Source of the DNA: Monocercomonoides exilis PA203
Taxonomy: Eukaryota > Protista > Preaxostyla
Direction: 5' to 3'
Assembly: GCA_001643675.2 (NCBI GenBank)
Contig: LSRY02000029.1
Span: 1,054,001-1,118,000 of the forward strand
DNA: 64,000 nucleotides
Shown: positions 1-11,800 of the stretch, piece after piece
Layout of the letters: the number at the start of each line of letters is the position of its first letter
Numbering within the stretch: position 1 is the first letter of the stretch
Made by a program: the position numbers and the translations under genes
Notes under the pieces: model-generated
What the model was told of the DNA's origin: nothing
Database searches by the model: none
The model's input: only the letters and a program-made list of their open reading frames with translations

Positions 1-3000
1 AACCCCATATCGCCAGATCCTTCACAAATGGCTCTCCAAAGTTGATCAGGAACTGTGATTCACTTATCTGCGAGTCAAGATTTGTGCATTTCACAAACAC
101 ATCTCTTCCTTTCAGTGCAACATTCCCCTTGAATGTGATGTTCGACAGCACAAATGGCAAAGTCTTCTGTGCAATACTCTGTGATTTCAAAAACAACCCT
201 CCGCCTCTTCCAATGTTCGAGCAGAAACATTTTACCACATTCGTGTGGTTCATTTCCAGCTTTCCCCTCTCATTGAGGAGGGAAAACATTCCTCCTCCTT
301 CATTCGAGCTTGTCGATCCACATTCATCAATCGTTGAGTTCTCAATTATCAATCTCACTTCATTTGTCATATCACAGTAAAGCAATGAAGGGTCATTAAC
401 AACACTGTGTTTCACATTCAAAAATGAACATTGCTCAATTTAAATATTCCACATCTCTTCTGCATTATCATTCTCCATTCCAGAAATAACACTTTCACTC
501 ATTTCAATTGCACTTTTTCTGCTCAAAGAAATATCTTCAAATGACACATTATTCATTGTTGTCACACAATCAGCAGATATGCTCATAATCTCATGCATCG
601 TTGAGAATCCAGTTATCTTTGTCTTTTCAATCTCAACAATTTTTTTTGAAGCAGATATCAGCACAAATGACACTTCATCTTCAGCATTGTCACTCATGTG
701 AATTGAACATCCTGCAACACTCGTTTTGATTGCATCTGAGCCTGTGTGGATGAGGATGTTTGCCCCATTATTAAAGGTTGTTGGAATCAGCATCCCCACT
801 TCTTCAAATTGAACAATCCCTTTACATTCAATAACAGGATCCTCATCCCCTTCAAGTGATTGAATAAATTGGATTCTGTCTGATTCTCCATCTGTTCCTT
901 CAACCTTCATCCCACTCACACTCATTTCACTCCTCACATCACAAACACCTTGAATCGTCATTAGCTCAAGTGATGAATTGCTTCCACGATTCAGCCCATA
1001 ATCAACAGCCTTGCACGGAAGATTTGGAAATCCACACACAACCACATTGTTTCCTTCCTCGGCAACATTCACACTCGATCCCACAGATTTCCAAAAATAG
1101 ATAAGTGGAATTGCGCACTCTCTGTTTCCTTCATCATACCCTCTAATCGAGTCTTCGGTCAGCAACTTCAATCTATCTTTAACAAATGGAAGTGTTTCGT
1201 TTTTGATGCTCGTGATCAGAGACGGAGATGAAATAAATAAATCTTTTCCATATTTAGCATTGTTCGGCTTCTCAAATGAAAAAACAGGTGATGATATCAC
1301 AAACACTGCTTTTCCTTCTTCTTCTTGTTTCAGTATCTTCAGCATTATTCCTCCACCATATCCAACACTTCCCTCTTCATGTGGTGCTGTGCAACAATAA
1401 AACGAACACATATTTATCAAAAGATTCGTTTTCGAAGATGCCTCACAAAAGAGTGCTCCTCCCCCACACTCTTCTTCCTCTCCAACAACAGCACATCCTT
1501 CGAATGTGCAGTCATTTATTTCCACTTTGTAATCTTTTCCATCATTATCATCCCCACTGTTTGCAATGCAGATGCATCCTCCACTTCCCTTCGAACGAGT
1601 GATCGATGAAAATGTGCATCCTGACATCTCTTCAATAATCCCCTCGTGGCACTCAATAACACACCCATCCCAAAATGTGATTTCGGAAAAATCACTTTGA
1701 GTCATGTTTATCGAAGGCACACTTTCAGTATCCCCTTCAACAACAAATATCGATGAATCTCCAATTTTCATATTCTTTGATCCAAATTCACTCGCCTCCA
1801 CAACCCCTCCAACAGCCATCACAAATACTGTCCAAATAGACTCAGTGCCTCCTTCTATCCCACATTCATTCAGTGTGAGCTTCCCAGAATGGCACTCAAA
1901 CACACTTTCATGAAAGGTCAGCGATTTCTTCAAAGAAAATATAACTCCAGTCACAGACACTGGAACCGACTTTCTATCAATCCATTTTGTGTTCCCTCTT
2001 TCTGATCAGAGACTTCACACTTCATTTCATTCTCTTTTGATTCAATGTTCCATTCATTTTCAGTCAAGCTCAATTCTTCTTCAAAGACAAATGGATCGAG
2101 AATAGTAACATCCTTTTTCTTTCCTTCAAGGTGGAGTGACACTGCCTTCGAAATGGATAAACACGGAAACTCTTCAAATCCACACTTCGAGAAATCATGG
2201 CTCAGTGATCCTCCTCCCACAAACTCTGGCTCAGAAAAGTTGTTCCACAAATAGACACATAGTGGAATTGGGAATGATTCATCCCAATTTTCATATCCTT
2301 GCATCTTGCTCTTTGTTTCTAACGAAGCAGTCAATGAAGTGATCTTCCCACTTGTTGCAGTTGATTCCAAATTGAACGAGTCAACAAAAATGTCACTTCC
2401 CCATTTGGCCCTGTTCCCTTCAAATGATGATGAAATAAGAAACTCTGCATTTGTGTCTTTCACTTTCAGTCCAATCCCTCCTCCTCTCACTTGAGTAGTC
2501 GAGGCATAACAGTTTCTCACAACACCTCCATTCATTTTCAATGAATTCCCACTTCCAACTTCAACCATTATTCCCCCTCCAAACTCAGAAGCTTCACTTC
2601 CACATCCATCAACCGTGCATCCTTCAAAAGTTATCGAATATGACCCTTCACTCACACTCATCGGAGATGATCCTGCTGCTGTCCTCACAATGTTGCTGAA
2701 CGCACAGTTATCCAGAGACAGCGAAACAGATGATTCCTGGGAAAGTGATATCACACTTGCGGTGCTGAATGTTTGTCCCCGTCTCACATCTTGCATCTTC
2801 AACTCTCCCCCTTCCAGTTTCACAAGTGAGTTCTGAATGCTCCTCTCCTCTGAATGAGCTGCATCCATCGAAATACTCATTCTCTTCACATCCGTCAACC
2901 CACTTCCCTCGACCTCAAATAATCTGCATTGCCTGTTGTTTTCAAATGAGGTGTTGTGAACCACAGACAGATCACTCACTGCCAGTTTCCCTGTTCCAAC

Positions 3001-4749
3001 ACAAAACAGACTCAGTCCATTTCCCTCAAAATGTGTTTCAATAGATGAGCCAGCTGGAGAAACTCCATTCACAGTGATTGTTTTCTCCCCAATGTTAACT
3101 CCTTTGCCTTCTTCAACTGTTCCACTCAACACTTTGATTTCCTCCACAAATCCAACAATCATTTGGGAAAGGCAATGACTGATTGTGAGGCATGCACAAC
3201 TTTCATTCAATCCGCAGCTGAATGTGTCTTTTGCATTCTTTTGACTTTCCTTCGAAGCAACAAATCTGCTTCTTCCTCCTTTATTCGGAAACCAACCGCT
3301 TTTGTCAGTACCATAGGCATAGTATCTCACACCTGAAGTTCTTGTTGAATAACAGAAAACAATTTAGGAGTTTGTATTATTATCAAAAACATGAATATCA
3401 TTGCCATATGGAGCAGTATTGTTATGAAAAAAGCAAAACCACAAAAGATTTCCACTATATCCATTTGTCATAATACTAATTGCACCACCTCGATAATGTG
3501 AATGACACCCTTGAAAAAAACAATTTTTCAACACAATTCGATCGATTATACTCCAATGAACAAACCCTCCTCCGTCTGTACTTGTTGCATCATTCCCACT
3601 GCAATTTTGAAAAAAACAGTTTAATACACAATCTATTGTTTTTGTTGTTTTTGAACTTATTACTATCAATCCTCCACCATCATTTCCAGACCATCCATCT
3701 TTGAACAAACAATTATTTACAATCACTTGAATTTTCATTCCTTCTATTTCTGCACTTGCACCTCCTTTATCATTTGATGACAAGCAAAAACATTCAACAA
3801 ATGTGGAATGCTCAACTGTAAATTCTGCAATATTCAAAGCGAATATTCCTCCTCCTCTTGTTGAAGTTGCATTACATTTCGCAAATGATGAATTCTCAAC
3901 AGTCAGCGTCGCACTCGAATTGTCATGAACGTACAGTGCCCCACCACATGGAGCAGAGCATTCATTCCATTCAGCATTCTTATATGTTTGTGTCTCGGTG
4001 GTTACATTTCGCACAGTGTTTTTCATCTTCCGATCCGCTCTTTCATTCTGAACAAATGTGCAATTTTTGCAAGAAAATGCAATAGATCTTTTAGTTCCAC
4101 TTACAATTCCTCCCTCCAGCACGTTCATTGAATTTTTAACTCGGCAATTATCCATAATGCTCAATTTTATCTTTGGTACTTTTTCAATAAATATCTTTTC
4201 TGTTAAGTAATATTTCTTTGTGATATTCGCAAATTCGCAGTTTTGAATGCATTCAAAACTTCCTGAACCATCTCTCAGAAAACTTCCTCCATTCCCGCAA
4301 AATACAACATCCTCAAACTCACTGTTTCTCACAAATAACGAAGACAAATCACCCCCGTCCATCTTCACCACACTCCCCATTAATTTACGTTTCGGACCAT
4401 TTCCAACAACCAAAGTCGTGTTTATAAGCGAGCATATCCCTTCATTCGTCATATAATTCCCATTCCACTCATTATTTCTCACAAATACACACCCATTAAC
4501 CTGTAGCAATGACCCTGATCTAACTTCAAACGCTACAGAACAATCCGGCTTTTCTAACAGCATTCCTTTCAACTCAACTGACGAATTGTGCATTTTACAG
4601 AGCATTTGACCAACACTTCTCTTCCCAAAAATACCACTCTTCTCCATTCCACTAACATAGAAAGCGTCATATTCATTTCTCAATCTATCATTTCTGTCTT
4701 TGCCACAAATGGCTGACAACAAACATACAAGAAAAATGAAGTGAATCAT
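1..4749 (-). pseudogene. Disrupted secreted/surface beta-helix repeat protein (paralog of the 33493-45759 family), running off the window start
   Basis: Signal-peptide-like start MIHFIFLVCLLSAICG (ATG 4749), GGAL/GGGI motifs and CGxxxxPC modules (CGFEEFPCLS, CGFPNLPCKA). In-frame TAA at 3364-3366 (frame continues IVFCYSTRTSG), a 1-bp frameshift near 1965, in-frame TAA at 440-442 and another frameshift near 355. Confidence 0.8.
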
Positions 4750-5979
4750 AGTTCCAATGAAGATAATGGGTTTATGAACCCATATTTTTGATGATGATTC
4801 CATTATCTTGTGGTGCATCAAAAAACATTATTTCCTGCACCATTTCCATTTTCTAAATCCAATTCTCTGCTTTTATTTTCATTTCTCTGAATCATTCTAT
4901 TTTTACATCAATTTTCTGAAAATGTCATTTTTTATGAATTTCCTCTATTTTTCTTCAATTTTTCAAATCTCATCTTTCTTTAGATATTTTGTTTAAATTA
5001 AGTGCATCATCTCTTCTTCTCCTTTTTCGTATAATTGCTTTCCTTCATTTGATATCTCCATATTTTCTTCGATTGATTTCAAAGATTTTTGAAAATACAA
5101 AAAGAAATAAAAAATATCTAAAAAAGTTGAAAATTCAAATACTAAGTAATAATTCTGAATGTTTCAAAACTGCATATTATTATTTTGCTTCATTCAGTTA
5201 AATTTGCATCAACCCTTAACCTTGTCTTCAAAATCCTCCCTTTCTTGTACGTCTTTCTGTTGGAATTCTTTGTTCCTTTTTTTCAATGAATAAATTTATT
5301 TTTGTTGTCAGATCCTCTGTTCTTTCTCTTTTCTGATTTTTCTTCGATTGTTTCTTCAAGTTATCCTTGTTTTACTCTCTTCTATTTATTTTCAACTTTT
5401 TGAGTCTTTCTTCTTTGCTATAATTAGTATTTTCTGTCAATTTTTGCATTTTCCTTATGATTCAAATTTCCAATGAATTTTTGAATCAATATCATTTCAT
5501 AGTATTCTTGACAAGTATTCCAATGAAATTATGTCTTTTGCTTGTGCTATTCTATCGCTTCAAAAATACCTCAATTCAGCATTTTCCTTCCTTAGAAAAA
5601 TACAGGAAATTGCTTTTTCCTCCGAATCAGTTGAGATTTGGAGAATGATCATTCATAACTGCTCTTTCAAAGAAATTAATTTTCCATTAGCCATTTCCTC
5701 TATTGCAGTGTTTCATTACCGCAGTTTCATTTCATTCATGAGGAATCGATGAGTTTCTGAGATTAAACGAACAAAATAATCCATTTCCCTGATAATTTAA
5801 CAAAGATCATAAAAACATATAGGGTGATTTATTAACCCGAATATTTTTTTTAACCCGAATATTCTTTTTAAAAATAAGTTTAATCAACCCACTTTTTTTA
5901 TTTTTTATATTGTTTTCAGTATATAAGGAAAAATCAATGACTGAAATTCCAGATAAAATCACTATTCCTAATCTCTGAT

Positions 5980-5997
5980 GGGGGGGGGGGGGGGGGG
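5980..5997 (+). repeat. G18 homopolymer in the transposon 5' region
   Basis: 18 consecutive G in otherwise AT-rich DNA. Confidence 0.9.
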
Positions 5998-6165
5998 TTA
6001 GCTCCTCCATCTCTGATTGGTGCCTCCCCTGAGGAGATTAGGTAATAGCAAGGGGTATTAAAAAGTTAGAATTTGGTCGAAAAAATTTTTTTTATTTTTT
6101 TTATCATTTAAAAAAAATTTTTTTTTAAAAAATCAAAAAAGATCATTACCAGAATTTTTTTTGAA

Positions 6166-7569
6166 ATGAGTGTTGTCGAAAATAAAAAACAACAAGGATT
6201 AAAGAAAATTAGAAGTTTGATGAGATCCTTTCAATATCCGCATATTGAAAGTAGTTTAGAACGAGTTACAACAATTGTCGCAAATGGAGAAGCTCGGGTT
6301 GCAGATGCTACAAACATGAAAGAATTTACTCGCTCTGCAATTGATAGGGCAGTCACAGCTGTGGAAAAAGGAAGGAAGGCAGGGAAAAATGGAAGACTAG
6401 AATTATTCAATCAGGAATAAAAGGAAACTATATTTGGAGTGCTTAAAATCGAATGTGAAAGTGGAACAAGTTACAATGCTGCGCAAATGAGGAAATTAGT
6501 TTGTTACAATTTTTAATTTGTTGTATTTATCTATTTTTTATATATTCAGATGAACACTATTATCAATGATAGGAAAAAAGACGACTTCGATGAAGAAGAT
6601 GAAGAGGTGAACATTTCCAAAGCATATCCCTATCAATACACCAAAAGGAATCCCGAGCTTAAGGCTTCACATCCTCGAAACGTCGACATCCAAACACTCT
6701 CTGCATCAAATCAACAAACTCTTCTTCCATTTTTCACTCTTCTACAAAACCTTCATGATAATCATCATTATTCTAACTCTCTCATCTTTAATATTGATGA
6801 ATTCTCTCTTCGACTCTCTGATTCTTTCTCGACTCTTGTTTTCCATCCTTCCGACATGCCTGCCGGTTTCTCCAAAACACCAATGAACATGCCGAATGCA
6901 ACTCTCGTCGTTGCAGCTGCAGCTGATGGTTACTCACTAAAAAGCGTCGTTCTGTGGCCTTGTCGGAAACTGCCAGATGAACTGCGCCTTGTTCTGAGTT
7001 CGCAGTTGGATGTTTGGGGTGAAAATGAAGGCTGGATGACTGAAGCGCTATTCCTCAAATATGCTGAAGAAGTGTTGCTTCCAGGGATCACACAAAGAAG
7101 AGAAACTTCGAAGAGGAGTGATGAACGTTGCCTACTCCTTCTTGATTCGCATTCATCGAGAGCGCAGCCTGACTTATGGAAAAGGTTTGCCGATTCTTCA
7201 ATAGATGTCGTCACCTTCGTGCCCCATACAACTCACATCGCACAGCCTTTGGATCGTGGAGTGTTTATTGTTTTTAAAAAGACAATAAATGCTAATTATG
7301 AAGCGCCTTCTTCTTCTTCTGTTGTTTTGCGACGAGAAGCACTGGCTGATGTGCTTCCACAAGCTTTGCAAACTTCTTTGTTTCCTTCAACGATCAAATC
7401 ATCGTTTGCGAAGAGCGGAGTACTGTCACATCAGTGGCACGAAGTGTTAGCCAAGCTGCCAAAAGAACCTTCCGTGACTCTGAAGAAAAGAACAAAAAGA
7501 TTTGATTATTTTGGAAAATTAATTACTGATGAAGAATTTTTATTAGAATATAAAAAAAGAAAAGGATGA
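6166..7569 (+). pseudogene. DD35D transposase with one intron (6499-6549) and a premature stop
   Basis: Motifs FNIDE / LLLDSHSS / QPLDRGVF, with 35 residues between the 2nd and 3rd Asp. Exon 1 (6166-6498) splices in phase 0 to 6550 but contains TAA at 6418-6420. The acidic tail continues in another frame after the A-run near 7552. Confidence 0.85.
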
Positions 7570-8807
7570 AAGAAAAGAGTCAAAAAATGAAGAAATAGAT
7601 AATGAAGAAATTGAAAAGGCTTTGTTTGAAGATGAAAAACCGAAAAAAAGAAAATTCAACCCATTGAAAATTTGAAATGATGATTTTTCTGATGATGAAA
7701 AAAAAGAAAGAAATACTCGAAAAATTGTGAAACGAGAGCTTGTTGATTATATTTATTATTAATATTTTTTAAAAACGAAATCAATTCACAATACACAAAA
7801 ATAAATTCATTTATTTTTTGTTCGGGTTTTCAAAAAAATATTCGGGTTTATAAATCACCCTATCTAACAATTGTTTTGATAAACGAAAAAACCCCAAGTA
7901 TTCAATTCCTTTGTTGTTTAAGTTGTCGTTAATGTGGAGCATGTTTTCACTTCAAATCCTGATTCTGAACGATTTTTATTTCTTTTTCATTTTTTGTACA
8001 ACAAAAATATTTTTGTGGGACAATCATTTTGTTTGAGTGTTTATTTTCACTTATGAATGAACTGCCAGTAAAATATGTTAATCTGGAAATTATTTTCAAT
8101 TTTTCCTTTTTGTGTTTAACATTAATAATGCCATTAAACCAGCTTTGGAAATGTTAAAAAGCAATAATGAAGAATTGGAATGATATTTTTTTGCTTAATA
8201 AATAATTGTTCCACTCAATATCTTCTTTCATTTTTCTCATTATTTTCCCACCCCCAATTTTCTTCAAGATAATACATGAGAATGTCAAACTGAAAATGAT
8301 ATGATCGAGAAGAAGTTTGAAACAAAATTTAGTTTTTTCTTTTAAAAAAACATTCACTTAAATTAAAAGGTGAGATTCACCGATAAATAATTTATTGTTT
8401 TCTGAAATATTTTCTTGAAATAATAAATATTCTATTGAAATTTTTATTTTTAAAATGAAAGTCTTTTTGGTGAATGATGTCAAAAAATAATTCTAATTAA
8501 ATTCATTTTCTCAAGTTTGTCCGTTGTAATAAGCTTCCAAAAAGTTAATTTTTTCCTATTACAAAAAAACGCAGTTCATTTTGAATTGCAAAGTTGTTGT
8601 GTTGGAATCAGCAAAAGGATTCAGAAAAGAAATAATTGATTAACAATAACAATATAGAAAAAAATACAATATTGGCTTTTATGAACAAAAAGAAGCAATT
8701 CTATAAATATACTCATCGCATCTTCATGAAAATAACAATGCTAATTATTAAAAGGTAAAGAATGTTTTCTAATTCAATCTAATCTGAAAAAAAAATAATA
8801 ATTCTCT

Positions 8808-11800
8808 CTAATTTTCAGCAGGTGCATCGACCTCCTTCACGACAGAGCCCAAACTGTCGCTCATGATCAAAATCGAGAACCGGCGTGAGGTTTCATAGTT
8901 AGCTCTCCCTGAAACATAAGAACTGATATTCGTGCTCTTGTTCACAGACGCGTAGTCAAAGCACCCACGCAAATCAGTGAACCCATCCTTCACAAACGCC
9001 CCACTTTCACCACCTTGTTTTCCATACACCTTCACATACACCCCAGGCACAGGCCGATGAGTGAACTCCTCCTTCACAACGAGTCTTCCGGTCTCCTCAA
9101 ACAACTCTACATCCATGCCGCAGTTGAATAGCGCATCCGAGCGACTCTTTCCTTCATATTCTACCTCAACAAACACATTCTGCCGCTGCAGTTCGTCTGG
9201 CACAGGCACAACAACACTCCGAGCAAGATGAGTGGAAGAAGAAGAAGAAGAAGAAGAAGAAGAAGAAGAAGACGAGGAAGAAGCTGAATTCGATTCTTCA
9301 AAAGAAAATTCAATTTGCTTTGGCTTTACAATCGAAAAAGCCTTTGCTGAATCTTTTCCTTTCATAAACGGCTTCGTACTAAACAGACTTTCAATGTCCA
9401 CTCTATAGAACTTTATTTTTCCTGTTTTTTCCTTCCCATTCTGTTGTTGTAAAGTAATTGTATTTGCCTTTGCATCAATCACCATTTCCACTGTTGCCTC
9501 AACCGTCTTTGACTCTACCAGTTGTCGCTGTCTTTTACTCTCTCGTTCGGCCTCATTCTCAACAAGAATATCCTTCTTTCTCCCTCCTTTCTCTTCTTTC
9601 TCTTCTTCCTCTCTCTTCTCCTTCTCCTTCTCCTTCTCCCTCTGCTCTGCCGCAAACATCTTGTCCACCTCCTTGATCTGCTCATTCAGATGATCAAACA
9701 TCAGCTTCCATCGTGGAATTGAACAGTTTCTGTGTTTCTCAGCCACTCGTCGTGCTACAGTCAATCTTGGTGCTTCCATCGTTTCTTCTCCACATTTCCC
9801 GCTCTTTTTCACAGGAAGGGCACTTTCAGGGTTTGTCATGTCCAGATATGCACTCATGTAGTCATATTGAAGTTTCATTTCCATTTCATTCTCATTTTCT
9901 CTCTTTTGTTTTGTCGATCCGCTGGCTGAAGCAGATTCCATGCCGATTGTATCAAACAGTGCGCGCGCCTCATCTAATCTGTCCTGCAGCAAGAGATAGT
10001 ACGTCAACACCAGTTTTTCTCCATCACCTAAAAGTGAAGAACCAGACATCTCAGGCATCCATTGAGAATATCCATTGTATTCTTCATCTCTTTCAATATC
10101 TGCGTCACTCTCAAAAAGAGAAGATGAAGCATAAGCAGCGGCTGCACCATGTGCCAAGTAGATCAGATACTTTCTGTACTGCCGAGCAAGATTCGCATTT
10201 GGTATGCGTTCTTTCTCCTCTCCAAACAAGAAGGTGCGTGGATTGATCAGTGGGCGATACTCTAATACACGAAAAGCTCCTCTTGTCACGGGATTCTTCA
10301 CGAATATTGGAGACAGCACAGTCGCAAAGCTTGGCAATCGGATTTCGATTTCCTTTGAGACGAACGGATCGCACAAATACCTTTGCACAGCAGTAGCTGG
10401 CCCAAGGTGCTTCATAGAATACGAATAGACCTTTTCATTGTACACACCGCGGCGCATCAGAACAGCTATCACAGCATCAAATACATCCTTATCTCGCAAT
10501 CGCCACGCAATCATCGATAAATCCACATCTGCTCGGTGCAAATTCTCCTTCTCCAGAAACTCGAGTAACACTTCTTTCTCTGCCTCCTGAGACACATACG
10601 CCCAATCTCTTCGCTCCGGCTGCGCAGTGGCGTGCTCTGCCACAAGCACCTTATGTCCTCCTTCTCGGCTGCAGCACATGTAATGCCCTCTCATTGCAAC
10701 TTGCGCTGGATAGTGAACAAAAGCACCGCCTCGTGGGAAGTAGAACGAATATGACAGCGTCTTCGTGCCATATGCTCCCAGAACAACGCTCTGTGTCTTC
10801 GTCATGCTTCCTCTCAGCAACGGGATCGAACCGGCTGGCACTTGCATGAGCACTTCCACCGACCTCTGTGTGGCTGTTGTGTTCGTTAGCACCACATCGC
10901 ACATATATACTCGCCCAGCATATAATTTCTCCCAGTCCACATACTTCCTTGTTTTTCTCCCTTCCTCGTTCACCTCCCATTCCTCTGCCATGTCGCACAC
11001 AAACTCTTGCACCAGAACCTGCTTCATCTGTACAATTTTTCCTTTGCCTTTTTCTTCCTGCTTTTCTGTTCTCATTGATTCTCTTTCTAGCGCTGAATCT
11101 TCTTTTCCTTCCTCAACCGCCTCCATCTCCTTCACATAAAGCAGAGCTGCTGTGTTTTCACTCGAAATAGAAGCACTTGCTCTTCCACCGCTCATTTGAA
11201 TCGCCTTCTCAACTGAAACAGGGCGCAGTGAAACATCGGTCAACGCTGCAGCAAACGCCGCAGAGGTAAAAGAGTTAGCGCAATCCAAAATATTTGCAGA
11301 TACAAAAGGAACGCAATTTGCACAATCAGATGCGTCAGTTCCTATTCCATCTGCCATGCACCCAAAGAGATATTTTGCATAATCCAAGAAGAACTCGTTC
11401 CATCCAACGAGTGGATCATCTCTATTAGCCACGCGATGGTATTGGTTCTCGCGGTATTCTTTTGTATTCTCAACTTGTTGGAACTTTGCAACCGGAGCTA
11501 TCTCTTCCTCTTCGGCATCATAGTCATAATGCACATTCTGCACTGCCATCTTCATCTTCATTGGCATTGGTGACGGGGCTGCTGAACAACAAGCAGGAGC
11601 CGCAAAGTTCATACTTCGACTTTGAACGCTCCGCATTAACGTTCGCGGTGCGAATCCAAATCCCACACCAATCGGAGCTTTCGGAGCCGCTTCGCGCCTG
11701 AGGCTTGTATCAAGCATCAATTCAGGTCCAGTTCCTCCACCACGCAAGCGGAGCACAAGATCCAATGTTGCTTTGTTTTTGATGTTGTAATGACCCATCG

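Larger units (their letters stand above)
5822..7860 (+). mobile_element. Tc1/mariner-superfamily (pogo/Fot1-like, DDE_1) DNA transposon, full length but probably inactive
   Basis: TIRs gggtgatttattaacccgaatattttttt (5822-5850) vs the reverse complement of 7832-7860 match 28/29, with an internal aacccgaa subrepeat. TA on both sides (5820-21, 7861-62). Encodes a DDE transposase. Confidence 0.93.

Noticed and set aside
5450-5819. Degraded coding-like minus-strand sequence apparently interrupted by the transposon
   Set aside because: Too many stops and no identifiable motif.
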